A DNA stretch of 63,009 bases, filler included, from Craspedostauros australis (taxonomy: Eukaryota): the NCBI GenBank assembly GCA_030167865.1. It is 21 parts of 21 records of this genome, joined end to end, with 100 filler letters (N's around TTAATTAATTAA, not from the genome) between each part and the next. Parts side by side here need not be neighbours in the genome. Positions count along the whole stretch, not along the records: positions 22,675 to 25,023 come from JALAGF010002516.1; positions 25,124 to 26,220 come from JALAGF010002517.1; positions 26,321 to 28,510 come from JALAGF010002518.1; positions 28,611 to 32,952 come from JALAGF010002519.1; positions 33,053 to 47,046 come from JALAGF010002521.1; 16 more parts are not named here. The stretch is one strand, 5' to 3'. The notes beneath the pieces were generated by a model that did not search any database, was not told the origin of the DNA, and was given only the letters and a program-made list of their open reading frames with translations. The position numbers and the translations under genes were made by a program. Shown here in pieces: positions 22,675-34,374 of this stretch. The stretch's first letter is position 1, and each line of letters begins with the position of its first letter.

Positions 22675-25023
22675 CTATATCCTTTTATGAATTCGTCAAA
22701 TTTGAGTACTAAGTACATTATTTGAACCTTGAAGACTTTGAATCCGTCGATTTTACTTATTTGTAACCTTAGTTCGTAACACGAGTCTTCCGCCTAAAAA
22801 ATCTCTAAAGTTCTTTAAATTTACAGAATGCCATCAACTCAAATTTATTTTAAAATCGGACTAAATGATTAAAATCAACTAACGATTCTTCTAATTTAAT
22901 AGCAGATTAACCCTAAAAAATTTTATCGCTGTCATTCCAATAATCACATCTATCCTTTATGCATTATTTCAACTACAATCTCATACGAAACTTAATAGTA
23001 ACACCTTTTTTATCAAAATTCACACAAAATCGAATAAAAAGACATATCAAAGACCTTTTACCTAAAATATAACATTTTTAGTCATATTTGCCTGCGTACG
23101 ATCTTAAGTTTTAAATCATTCTTAAATAATAAAAAAAGATTAAATTTCTATTTCACAAAGAATGAAACAATTCGTCAAGATCATTTTAGAAAAGCTAATA
23201 CATATTTTAACTTAATAACTATAAACGTTTCTAACTAAAACCTACATAATCAATAAAAACACTCACATACAACCTATCAATATTAAATATAACATGTATT
23301 ATCACCCAAATCATCCTCATTAACATTTTCACTAATTCCCTTAAAATAGTCGATTGAATAGAATGCTCTCATGTCTAATTTGTATGTTTATATAAACCCA
23401 TTAAAGCGATTTTATACTGCAATATCGTTTTATAAATTCATCAGATTTAAGTGCTAAGTACATTGTTTAAACCTTGAAGACTTTTAATCCGCCCATTTTA
23501 CTTATTTGTAATCCTCGTCCGCGCCATAAGTCTCCCGTCTAAAAAATCCTTAAACTTTTTTAAACTTGCAAAATGCCATCAACCCGAATTTATTCTAAAA
23601 TCGGACTAAATGATTAAAATCAACTAGCAATTCTTCTAATTTAATAATAAATTAACTCTAGAAAATTTTATCGCCGCCATTCCAATAATCACGTCTATCC
23701 TTTATGCTTGATTTCAACTACAATTTCATACAAAACTTGATAGTGACACCTTTTTTTATCAAGATTCATACAAAATCTAATAAGAAGACATATCAAAAAT
23801 CCTTAACTAAAATAGAATATTTTTAATCACATTTGCCTGCATATGATCTTGAGTTTTAAATCATTTCTAAACAATACAAAAAAGGTTAAACTTTTGTTTC
23901 ACAAAAAATGAAACAATTCCGTATACATTAAAAAAAACATTAAATCTTAAAAATCACTCATAAATGTATTAAATTTACTAAGATATATATGATACACTTA
24001 TGTAAGTCAAATACGTGCATAATAACTCAAAACACGGCACAATACTTTTAGTTACATTTGCCCGTGTACGATCTTAAGTTTTAAACCATTCCTAAATAAT
24101 AAAAAAAGGTTAAATTTCTGTTTCACAAAAAATGAAACGATTCTGTATACATTAAAAAAAACATTAAATATTAAAAATCACTCATAAATGTATTAAATTT
24201 ACTAAAATCTATATGGTACACTTACGTGAATCAAATACGCGTATAATAACTCAAAACACAGTATAATACTTTTAGTCACATTTGCCCGCGTGTGGTCTTA
24301 AGTTTTAAATCACTCCTAAATAATAAAAAAAGATTAAATTTCTATTTCACAGGAAATGAAACAATTCGTCAAGACCGTTTTGGAAAAACTAATACGTATT
24401 TTAACTTAATAACTATAAACCTCTCTAACGAAAAACTGCATAATCAATAAAAACACTCACATACGACCTATCAATATAAAATATAACCATACTTATATTA
24501 AATATAACATATATTACCACCCAGATCACCCTCATTAACATTAAAAAACATTAATTCCCTTAAAACAGTCGATTGAATAAAATGCTGTCATGTCTAATTT
24601 AAATACTTATATAGATACATTAAAGCAATTTTATACTACTATGTCCTTTTATGAATTCGTCAAATTTGAGTGCTAAGTACGTTATTTGAACCTTGAAGAC
24701 TTTGAATCCGTCGATTTTACTTGTTTGTAACCTTAATTCGTAACACGAGTCTTCCGTCTAAAAAATCTTTAAACTTCTTTAAATTTACAAAATGCCATCA
24801 ACCCGAATTTATTCTAAAATCGGACTAAATGATTAAAATCAACTAGCGATTCTTCTAATTTAATAACAAATTAACCCTAGAAAATTTTATCGCTGCCATT
24901 CCAATAATCACATCTATCCTTCATGCATTATTTCAAATATAATCTCATGCGAAAACTTAATAGTGACACCTTTTTTATCAAAATTCACACAAAATCGAAT
25001 AAAAAGACATATCAAAGACCTTT
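22675..25023. repeat. AT-rich higher-order satellite (~745-bp unit with internal ~225-bp sub-repeats)
   Basis: Unit starts at ~22675, 23419 and 24639; sub-units (GTCACATTTGCC-like start) at ~23826, 24051 and 24275; roughly 25% GC by eye versus about 50% elsewhere; no ORFs. Confidence 0.92.
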
Positions 25024-25123
25024 NNNNNNNNNNNNNNNNNNNNNNNNNNNNNNNNNNNNNNNNNNNNTTAATTAATTAANNNNNNNNNNNNNNNNNNNNN
25101 NNNNNNNNNNNNNNNNNNNNNNN

Positions 25124-26220
25124 CACCGGTAACTTCAAGGGTACTTGTCACAACTGTGGCGTGTATGGCCATAGATCCGCCGATTGTCCAGAACGCAAGA
25201 AATCGAATAACAAGAAAAACAACAACAACAACAACAAAATGAACGGAAAGCATAACAAGGGAAGCGGCTTCAAGGGCAAGTGCAACTACTGTGGCATCTT
25301 TGGACATCGCGAGGCGGAGTGCCGAAAGAAGAAGTTCAACGAAAGCAAAAAAAAACAACAAACAAGCCAACGCGGCTACGGAAGGACACGACAAGAGCGG
25401 GCACGAGATGGTACTCTCTGCAAAGGACATGCCGCTCTGCATGTTGGTGTCCGACGACTACATCGAAGACTCCTTCTTCGATAACTTCGAGTGCGTCGGA
25501 AGTGACGACGAAGTTCAGGACGATGAGATCGTCCCGGAGTGGCTCAGCGAGGAGCCAATCATCCACGAGGTGGATCCAAGACGCGGGGTGAGCTACGAAT
25601 GCTGCTTCAACGCGCACGACCTGATCGGTTCATACGGCGACGAAGCTGAGATGGGCAGCGAGGCCAACGATAGCGACATCAAAGAGGCCATGAGTGATGA
25701 CGACGACGACGCCGACGAGGACGGCACAGATGAAGACGACGAGGCAAGCCGCGACGAAATGCCTCCTCCTCAAGTTGGGAGATATGAGAGAACGGGAACC
25801 TTCATCAATCAAGGCCAAGGCGAAACGAACCGCGCAGCGGCGCCACCTCCTCCAGCGGCGGGGAACAACAGATCGGGCATCTTCGACGAGGATGACAGCG
25901 ACGAATCCGAGGACGGCAATCATCCAAACGACAGCTTCAATCCAAACGAGCATGTCGTCTATCCAGCGAATATCGACTTCCCGGATATTGCGGATCCCAA
26001 CAGTGTCGACTATCTACTCCGTCACACTGTCACACCAGATGCAACAGTAACAGCATTGACAATCCAAAAGCAGCTCATCTTTGACGCTGTAATGGAAGCG
26101 GGGATGCGACTGTTCCCAGAAACCACACGAGGGGCGCTCATGCCAATATGGGTGAACATGATGGGATCCATCCTATCCGAGCACTTCGAATCAATCGAAG
26201 AGATCCTTGCCAATGCGATC
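25124..26220 (+). mobile_element. LTR retrotransposon gag fragment with two CCHC zinc knuckles, frameshift in an A9 run, then an acidic extension
   Basis: FKGTCHNCGVYGHRSADC and FKGKCNYCGIFGHREAEC; continues in the +1 frame after the A-run at ~25347-25355. Confidence 0.8.
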
Positions 26221-26320
26221 NNNNNNNNNNNNNNNNNNNNNNNNNNNNNNNNNNNNNNNNNNNNTTAATTAATTAANNNNNNNNNNNNNNNNNNNNNNNN
26301 NNNNNNNNNNNNNNNNNNNN

Positions 26321-28142
26321 CCTTCGGTTCAGCTACTTCTCCACCATCCCAAATGCTCCTGGCCATATCGGCATCAAAGTCATGAAGTCCAAGAATGCTG
26401 CAGAGATCAGCAGGATTGCATTGCAGATTATTGTCGGATCATTCGATATCAAGTACTGTCCGATCCTTGCTCTTGCCATCCATATGGAGGCATCTATGCA
26501 CAAGACAGAACGAGAGGAGCCCTACCTGTTCTCCATGCGTGGTACTGGCGACAAGGTGCCCAAGCTGACTCTATCAGTAACGAAGGATGCGATCTCCCAC
26601 TGCGTGAACGATCCAGAGTTCAAGGTCATCTCTAGCGAAGGGCCCATCAAGCGCCTCGGAACCCACTCCATCCGCAAGTGTTCCGCCACCCACGCAATGA
26701 ACGTTGGTTGCTGCTTCACTACCGTCGTAGAGCGCGCCCGCTGGATGCTGCCCCAGCGAGCTATTCTGAACAAGTACATTCCTGCCACTCTCTCGTATCC
26801 TGATGCAGAGGTAGCATGCAGATCCACGCCCGAAGCACCATGCACCTACAAGATTGTCAAACCTGAAGTCGTCACAGATGATTGGCTCCTCGACAATGTC
26901 GCAAGGAAGATCCGACATCGTCTTGCCCCTCCCCTTGCCCTTGCATTTGCTCGTGGCCTGCTGTGGGGTGCAATGGACGCACATGCCTCCAAGATGATGC
27001 CTGAGTGGCTCCACAAGGACGTTAGTGAGGCCTACGAGCAGCTTGCGACTAACTCTGACTTGGACCCAACAGTCAACCCAGTGGAGCGAGTCTGCCTCTA
27101 CGTCGGCAACGTACGCGGCATGCTCAAGATCGCTGAGGGCCCACGTCCTATCATCAATCGAGCTGCTGGCACAGGTGGTAATCCATTTGAGGCCTACCAA
27201 CATGCCAAAGGGGTGGGAAGGGTCACTGTAACCATGTTCGAGACCCAGCAGCTGGCGCTCGATGGCATCAAGTCGGGTATAGAGACGGTCAGGACCACCG
27301 TTGCATGCAACCAGGTCAAGAGCAACAAGATGGAGATGAAGCTGGACCTGATGGAGACAAAGCTAGACAGGATGGAGAACAAGCTCGACGTCCTCCTCGA
27401 TCTTCTCACGAAGAACAGCAGCCATCATCAACCACCCACCATCGATCCGGCACCAGCAGCATCTGTGCCAATTGATGTGCCTGTGCCATCCACACCAACA
27501 CCAACCGAGACAGTACCAATTGATGTGTCTGTGCCACCAACACCAACACCAACACCGACCGAGACAGCACCAACTGAAGAACCTAAGCCATCTCCGCCAA
27601 CGCCGATCGATGCACCTACGCCAACTGTAACATTTGCACCTATGGAGGTCGAGCCAGAACTGTCTCCTGCAGCACAGGCAGAGGCCGAAGCAAGGCTGGA
27701 AGAGCAGAGATTGGAGCAAGCCGTGGCTGTGGTGGCAGAGCGGAAGCGAATCGCGAAGCAAGCGAGAGCAAGAGTAGCCGCGATCTCACAGCAGACGAAC
27801 AAACCCGATCCTGGGAGAGCAGTCCTCACCCCGCAACTAGGTACGTTGAAGATGCTCTGGAGAGAGTATCATGAGGGATTTAATGGGTTGATGGCAGCAA
27901 AAGAGATGAACAAAGAAACGGACTTGAAGAACAGCAACAACAAGTTCATTTGGAACCGTCGCAAGTTCATTTGGGAGGAGTTCGAGCGTCTCGCTGAGCT
28001 CGGCGTTGAAGGGCCAGCAGCATTAGCGAACATACACAGAGAGTTTGGCAAGGTGGCCACTGGCCAACTCAACATCGCAATCGGCAAAAGGAACAGAGCC
28101 AAAAAGAAGGCCTCCGAAGCCGCCGCCAAAGCCAACAAGTAA
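26321..28142 (+). CDS. Crypton (CryptonS-like) tyrosine recombinase with C-terminal GCR1_C-like DNA-binding domain; 5' truncated
   Basis: LGTHSIRK (HxxR), RARW and NKY catalytic motifs; CPILALAIH; coiled coil; C-terminal TLKMLWREYHEGFNG..WNRRKFIW. Confidence 0.85.
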
Positions 28143-28610
28143 ACGTGAAATATAGCAATTGTGATACAGTGGCTTCTGGTGCGTCTCTCGTGGTGTTTTG
28201 GTGTGCTTCTCTCTGTGTGTTGGTGCTGGTACGCAGTGATTCGAATCGTGCGTCGACTTTCGGTCCAAAACAGAAACGATCGGGGTGTGATCAGAATCAA
28301 GGAGAGCGAGGATGTTCGCGGCGATCGGAGAAACTTTTGTTGCGAATTGGTCATGCCTTTTTGCTTCCGTCATCTCAGCCGTTCGCACAGATCGGCCATG
28401 GTCGATCCCAGAATCGACGAGGATGAGGATACTACCTCCAGGTCGCAGTTGATGCACTCACGATAACACTAGTTGTGGAGTTTTGGCCCCTTGTTGTCAC
28501 TGGTTTGCTTNNNNNNNNNNNNNNNNNNNNNNNNNNNNNNNNNNNNNNNNNNNNTTAATTAATTAANNNNNNNNNNNNNNNNNNNNNNNNNNNNNNNNNN
28601 NNNNNNNNNN

Positions 28611-29391
28611 AGTATATGTCGAGATGTACGTGTATATGTGCATCGTTCACCCGTTATTCTCTCATACGCACTTGGACGGTATAACTATACTCGTTTCGAT
28701 AGTATGCTGTGATTCGTCAGAATTACAGTGGAAATGGAACACACGAAAATGAGCAGAATTTCTGGAGGAAATTTGCAATCGACGATTTCTGAGAGAATNN
28801 NNNNNNNNNNNNNNNNNNNNNNNNNNNNNNNNNNNNNNNNNNNNNNNNNNNNNNNNNNNNNNNNNNNNNNNNNGATATCATCTGACAGGCTGCTGCATCA
28901 CCAATGGAACATGACATCTGGAGAGCAGAAGGACGCCTACTGACGTCGACAGGATGTTATCATGTCACCACGTCGACATCTGTCTCCAAGTCAGAGCAGG
29001 AGGCGAAGATCCGATGACCAAAGGGCATCAAGATCATGGATACGGGAGACGAACTTCAAATGGTAAGTACTCATGGAGTAGGAGCCAGTAGTGAATGAAC
29101 GGAGTGTCGAATGCGGAGTAAGCATCGAACACGGAGTATCGTGTAGCACGAAGTACACGATGCTGAGACAGAGAGAGAGAATACAGAGAGGAGCAAGAGA
29201 GCATCTCGCGTACCGACTCATAGTCGGAGACCGAATCTACGAAACAGATTGAAGNNNNNNNNNNNNNNNNNNNNNNNNNNNNNNNNNNNNNNNNNNNNNN
29301 GAGTAGCCAAGTAATGAAATAGCAAACGAACGACTATCAACCAACACCATCTTCCACGATCGTAGGTTACCGTGAGCGGAACTTGCCAACA
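28611..29391. mobile_element. LTR family A, near-complete copy (~800 bp incl. gaps) inserted in a copia gag
   Basis: Bridges the left part (9095+) and right part (to 12860); ends GCCAACA. Confidence 0.75.
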
Positions 29392-30238
29392 CTTGCATAA
29401 CACATGTGACGCCATCATGTTGAACGAAAGCATCCGTTCCAGCTTCCCTGCCACTATGAATGCACTCAGCGAAGTGATCGACCGCAAACAGGCAGTAACA
29501 CCAACATGCCACATCTCGTCCATGGGATGAAACAATGGCAGTCGTACCAACAACAACCACAACAACAAACCCGGGCGCGGAGGACAAGGTCGAACCAAGC
29601 AGTACAACCCCAACATGGTCATCACTGATCGTAATTTCCTCCCAGAAGAGTGGGCAGTCATGTCATCCGCCCAAAAGGCATGCGCTTTAGAGTTTCGTAA
29701 CGCACGCGATAAGCATCGTGGTGTGATGTCTGTTGGCCAAGGCAGCCCGTCCAAACGCTCACGAGAGGATACGGATGGTTACTATGGACCTCCAACCCCG
29801 TCTGGCCAGAACAGCAGTGCTGGCACGGACCGTCCTGCTGGTGTGGGTGCCATGATGTCCTGTCGCAACCAACACAATCGCTCCTGATCACGGCATGGTG
29901 GGAACCGGCAGATTACATCTGTCCGTCACTCTCCGCCATCTGACACACCGCGAGCGGAGCTCAACTTGCATGCTGATACATGTTGCTTTGGTGACACGGC
30001 GTATATTGTGCATACCACAAATCAGACTGTGACTGCAACCCCATTCATTGACTCACTTGGGAGCATCAATAACGTGCCCATCGTCACAGCAGCGATAGCA
30101 TATGATGATCCCATTACCTACCAAACCTTTGTTCTCTTCTTTCCGCAATCGATCTACTTTCCTCGTCTTGAGCATCCGCTCTTGTGCCCGAATCAGATGC
30201 GAGCTGCTGGTGTTGTTATTAATGATGTTCCATTATAG
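29392..30238 (+). pseudogene. Degenerate CoDi-type copia gag end and protease
   Basis: ITDRNFLPEEWAVMSSAQK; RAELNLHADTCCFG (decayed ELDSHADT); VPIVTAAIAYDDP; LLCPNQMR..GVVINDVP; internal TGA codons. Confidence 0.85.
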
Positions 30239-30334
30239 TCCGCGTGACCCTTCCACCGAGAAGACGTATGTAGGACCAGTACTGAAAAAACAACGTAGAA
30301 CGTGTACAAACCCTACCAGGAAAAAATCCAGACA

Positions 30335-32668
30335 ATGGCGCGCACCGACGCACCGAACGGCAATGGCAAAGCCACTACAAAGCCCCCCCGTGGGCAACCA
30401 AGGACACCGGGACGATCAGGAAGAGGAGGCCGACACAATGGTGGTGACGGCGATTCCGGGCGTGGCGGAGGTGGTCGGAAACAGGCCAGAGAAGGAGCAA
30501 GGAAAAAACAGACGAAAAACGACACCAAGCAGGGAGGCACCCGATGGATCTGGAGTCATGACCATGAGAAATCCTGGGGAGACATTCTCCTCGAACGGAA
30601 TCTTTTGACCCGAAACGCGGAACCCTTCACAGCCGCCACAGGGGCGGAGGGAGCGCTCGATGAAACAGTCGCACACCTGAAAACGATGGCGGCCAACAGC
30701 ACCGACGGCGCAACACTGGAGGAATGGTTGGATGCGTTTCAAAAGGCATACGACAACAAGCTTCAGCCTGACAGGAACATCAACATGGTTGAACTCATGG
30801 TTCGGCTGCTGGCAACAGCCAACATCTTTCCAAGTCTGTGGAATGCGGGTACCATCAAGGCCACACACGAGACCTCTGCATGGGTTGCAGCGAGAATCGT
30901 TTTCATGCGAGCCAAAGGCATCGAGTTCGAAGACGAAGACGAGTCCACAACATCGCCAAACCCGAAGAAGAAGAAAAAGCAGCGCAAACCAAAGCGGAAA
31001 GTGGTGGCATACCCAAGACGGGCAGCGAGACCAGCGGAACTGATCAGTGTTAACGACGTGCTGAGCGAATTCTCCAAGACCTTCTTCGACGTCCGCCTCC
31101 CCATGGCACGCGAGTCCAACGACCCCATCATCAACCAAGTCATCGCAAGCCTTAACGAGGTCCGCGCATTCATCTTCAGGGCGGACTCCAAGGCTCAGAT
31201 CATTGCTTGGAGGAAGAGCAAGGAGGTACGACCTTGGACGGCAGCCGACGTCCCGTGGACATCACGAGAAACGATCAAACAGTTCGTGGACAGCCTATTC
31301 GCCCGTACTGGTTTCAACACGTACACCCGGATCTGGGTCGCACACAAGGCCGACGTCGACGTTTTTGAAGACGACGGAACCCTACGAGCGGTGGCGATCT
31401 CCTTTACCAAGTCCGAGATCCAAGAGCACAGCATCGTGACGGCAGGTTGGCTGTTTGGGAGTCACAGCACTACCAACAACAACGACCTGGCTGAGGTGAT
31501 CAACGAAAGCGAGATAGTCAAGGGCAGCTTCGCCGTCCAATTGCGCATGCGTGAAATCCAGCTGGTCAGCAAGAGAAACAGGCCAAAAGACACAAGCGAC
31601 TTCCGCAACCGGCCCAGGGCCACTCACGTGATGAGCGGGTCCTCCAAAACGCAACTCTGCAGAGTGGCAATGAAGGAACTCTTCAACAATCGGGCCGACA
31701 CTGTCCGACTGCTGGGTAAGCAAATGAGGTTCATGCCCGACTCACTGGACGCGAGATTTGAACACCCTCCATCCGAGCTTACAAGTCTAAGCAAGATGGC
31801 GTCTCACCAGCGCGACTTTGAGAAGTCCATGAAAGTGCAAGGTGCGCATTCGATCGTGCAACTGGATGTGGAGATACCCATCTGGAAGCTCACACTACGG
31901 GAGGTGGTGATGAACTTGCGATCCTTCGAGGATCCCGAATACTCCCTGTTCGTCTCCGTGGACACTGACAGAAACGATTGGACCCAGACCTTCTTCGTGT
32001 TCCATCCGAAGAGAAGGATCGAAGCCCACGAGTTGATCTCCAAGCTCCCATTCTTCTGCTACAAGAAACTGGACTACAGGTGTCAAGGGTGGTTCACCCC
32101 ACACGCTTGGGCCCAGAATGAGCATTATGACGTGGACTGGGAGTCAGGACTCGTGCTCAGCAAAGAGGAACAGGAGATGGGACAGATGGTCCAGGCAGGC
32201 CCAAGATTCCTAAACTTGGACGAGCACGAAGGCGCAGGTATGGCACCTGCAGACATGGGATGGGAGGGCTACGTGGACGAAAATGGTAACATGAAACCGG
32301 TTCCCCTCTTACACTTCGAAGTCGAGCTAAACAACAATCCAAAGATGCAGAACGGGGACAACTACACTGTCGGCACGTTCGCTACCGCATCACCAGCACA
32401 ACAGGCAAGCCATGTGGCACAGGCCATCTCTACCGCGGCCACCAGCAAGGCCAGCAACCCAAGCGCGTTCGCAGCAGACTCAGGAGCTAAGGCCGACTTC
32501 GACGTCGACCACCCAAAAACGATCGCGGAAGAGAGTGAAGAAGAGGAGGACGAAGGGACTTCGGACGAAGACGAATCAAGCCAAGAGTCGGATGACCAGG
32601 CAAACGACAACATGGACACAAGCTCCGACAAATCAGGAGGCGGCGAACCGGCCGCAGTGGCAGTGTAA
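30335..32668 (+). CDS. Probable non-LTR retrotransposon (LINE) ORF1 protein
   Basis: 777-aa intact A/C-rich ORF with RG-rich N-terminus, basic NLS-like KKKKKQRK, IVTAGWLFGSH and acidic tail; begins about 100 nt after abrupt truncation of a copia protease. Family assigned by resemblance only. Confidence 0.6.
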   Translation: MARTDAPNGNGKATTKPPRGQPRTPGRSGRGGRHNGGDGDSGRGGGGRKQAREGARKKQTKNDTKQGGTRWIWSHDHEKSWGDILLERNLLTRNAEPFTAATGAEGALDETVAHLKTMAANSTDGATLEEWLDAFQKAYDNKLQPDRNINMVELMVRLLATANIFPSLWNAGTIKATHETSAWVAARIVFMRAKGIEFEDEDESTTSPNPKKKKKQRKPKRKVVAYPRRAARPAELISVNDVLSEFSKTFFDVRLPMARESNDPIINQVIASLNEVRAFIFRADSKAQIIAWRKSKEVRPWTAADVPWTSRETIKQFVDSLFARTGFNTYTRIWVAHKADVDVFEDDGTLRAVAISFTKSEIQEHSIVTAGWLFGSHSTTNNNDLAEVINESEIVKGSFAVQLRMREIQLVSKRNRPKDTSDFRNRPRATHVMSGSSKTQLCRVAMKELFNNRADTVRLLGKQMRFMPDSLDARFEHPPSELTSLSKMASHQRDFEKSMKVQGAHSIVQLDVEIPIWKLTLREVVMNLRSFEDPEYSLFVSVDTDRNDWTQTFFVFHPKRRIEAHELISKLPFFCYKKLDYRCQGWFTPHAWAQNEHYDVDWESGLVLSKEEQEMGQMVQAGPRFLNLDEHEGAGMAPADMGWEGYVDENGNMKPVPLLHFEVELNNNPKMQNGDNYTVGTFATASPAQQASHVAQAISTAATSKASNPSAFAADSGAKADFDVDHPKTIAEESEEEEDEGTSDEDESSQESDDQANDNMDTSSDKSGGGEPAAVAV

Positions 32669-34374
32669 ACGGGCGAAGCTGCCGGACGAATAGCAATTTG
32701 GAAAACAATCAGCTACTCTCACGACTCCAGGCAGGACAACCGGATTCACCAAAGAGGCGACACCAAGGAGCACCTCTTGCCAACCCAAGCAGCCAAGATC
32801 TGCGTCAACAACCAATTCACCAATCACACCGGACAGCCGGATTAACACAACAAAAAAAAAAGGATCGAAGGACGAGGCAACTAACAACAACCAAAGAAAC
32901 GACTGTATCAGCCAAATAATATCAGAGATAACAATAACAAATACAGCAGGACNNNNNNNNNNNNNNNNNNNNNNNNNNNNNNNNNNNNNNNNNNNNTTAA
33001 TTAATTAANNNNNNNNNNNNNNNNNNNNNNNNNNNNNNNNNNNNNNNNNNNNACTCCTCCACTCTACTGCACTCCCACATACTCTGTATCTCTCTTCCCT
33101 CACGAATACAAGCAAACATCAGACAACCAGGTGTGCAGTCATGAGTGTAAATAGACCGCTCTGCCGTCTTTGAATCACAACTGCTCTGTTCTCCGCATGA
33201 CGCACTTGAATGCGCACACTTGTTCTGCTTGCAGCAATCCACCACCAATGAGTGCCATCTGTGTATCGCGCAACAGCAATCGGATTTGCGAAGAAACGTG
33301 CATGGGCGAAGCGACTAAGCGAGAACAATCCAAAAACTCTCTTTGCAAGTACGAGTAGAATTGCACACAACCGGCAACTGTTTGTTGGAACAACGAAAAC
33401 AACACGACTTGAACGTGTCTCGGAAATCGCGATACACAAAGTTGATGGTATCGTTGTACAACACATGGAGCAGTCGACATGGTACATGTGAAGTTCTTGT
33501 AAAGCACTACACATGATGCCAAACAGATGCAATGGGACTCGTTTTGCAATCTTGGGAAATATGGGAAAGCAATAACAGGAAATGCTGACATTTTCCCTAC
33601 ATCCGGGAAAATGTCGTCTATTTCCCCTGCTCCCTGCTGTTTGTGGAGAGAGAGGAAGAGAAGAAGACGAACAAACGAAGGAAAGGAAGGAAAAACAAAT
33701 GATTCTGTGATGAATCGGACGTGATGATCTGGTTGATCTGTGGCGAGAACCGAAGAAACGAACGAAATGAGAGGAACGAGTGAAGTGCCAGCAGAGAGAG
33801 GAGAATTGGGTGTGACCTGCTCACGCATTAAAGCGTGCTGGTCGAGTATCCGTGTCGCATTGGTGTGCTTTACTTTTGCTTTCCCACCAGTCCGCGACAA
33901 CAACATGAAGAATAGAGAGTGCCGCAGAGCATCAGACGATCGGCCAAACACTCAAACTGCTGCACCCTTCGGACCATCGGAACTTTGGTGACTTTAAAAT
34001 CACTGCTTCCTCACAAACTGGCACAAAGTAACAGGAAACAACACAAAGCAATACAAAGCAACACAGCACCACACAATCCAACGAAGGCGCATCACGAAAG
34101 GGTTCGTTGGTCTCTCATTGACCTCTCATCGACACAATTCCGCATTTGCGCCAACACTTTCATCCATCAACGCCATCACTCAACTCATTCATTTCGACCA
34201 TCGGCTTTCCTACACCAGAACCATCAACCATCAACCACAAGCAAGTGCCAACCATCAACAACAGCATTGACGAACATAAAATACTCATAAAGCCAAGACC
34301 ACAGCCAAGCGCAGCTATCCAACACAACCACCACATCAAACGGAGCAACCAACAGAGCAACAAACAACGCAACC

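Noticed and set aside
25347..25355. A9 run as a slippery site
   Set aside because: The required shift is +1 and no stimulatory structure was seen; a homopolymer indel is more likely
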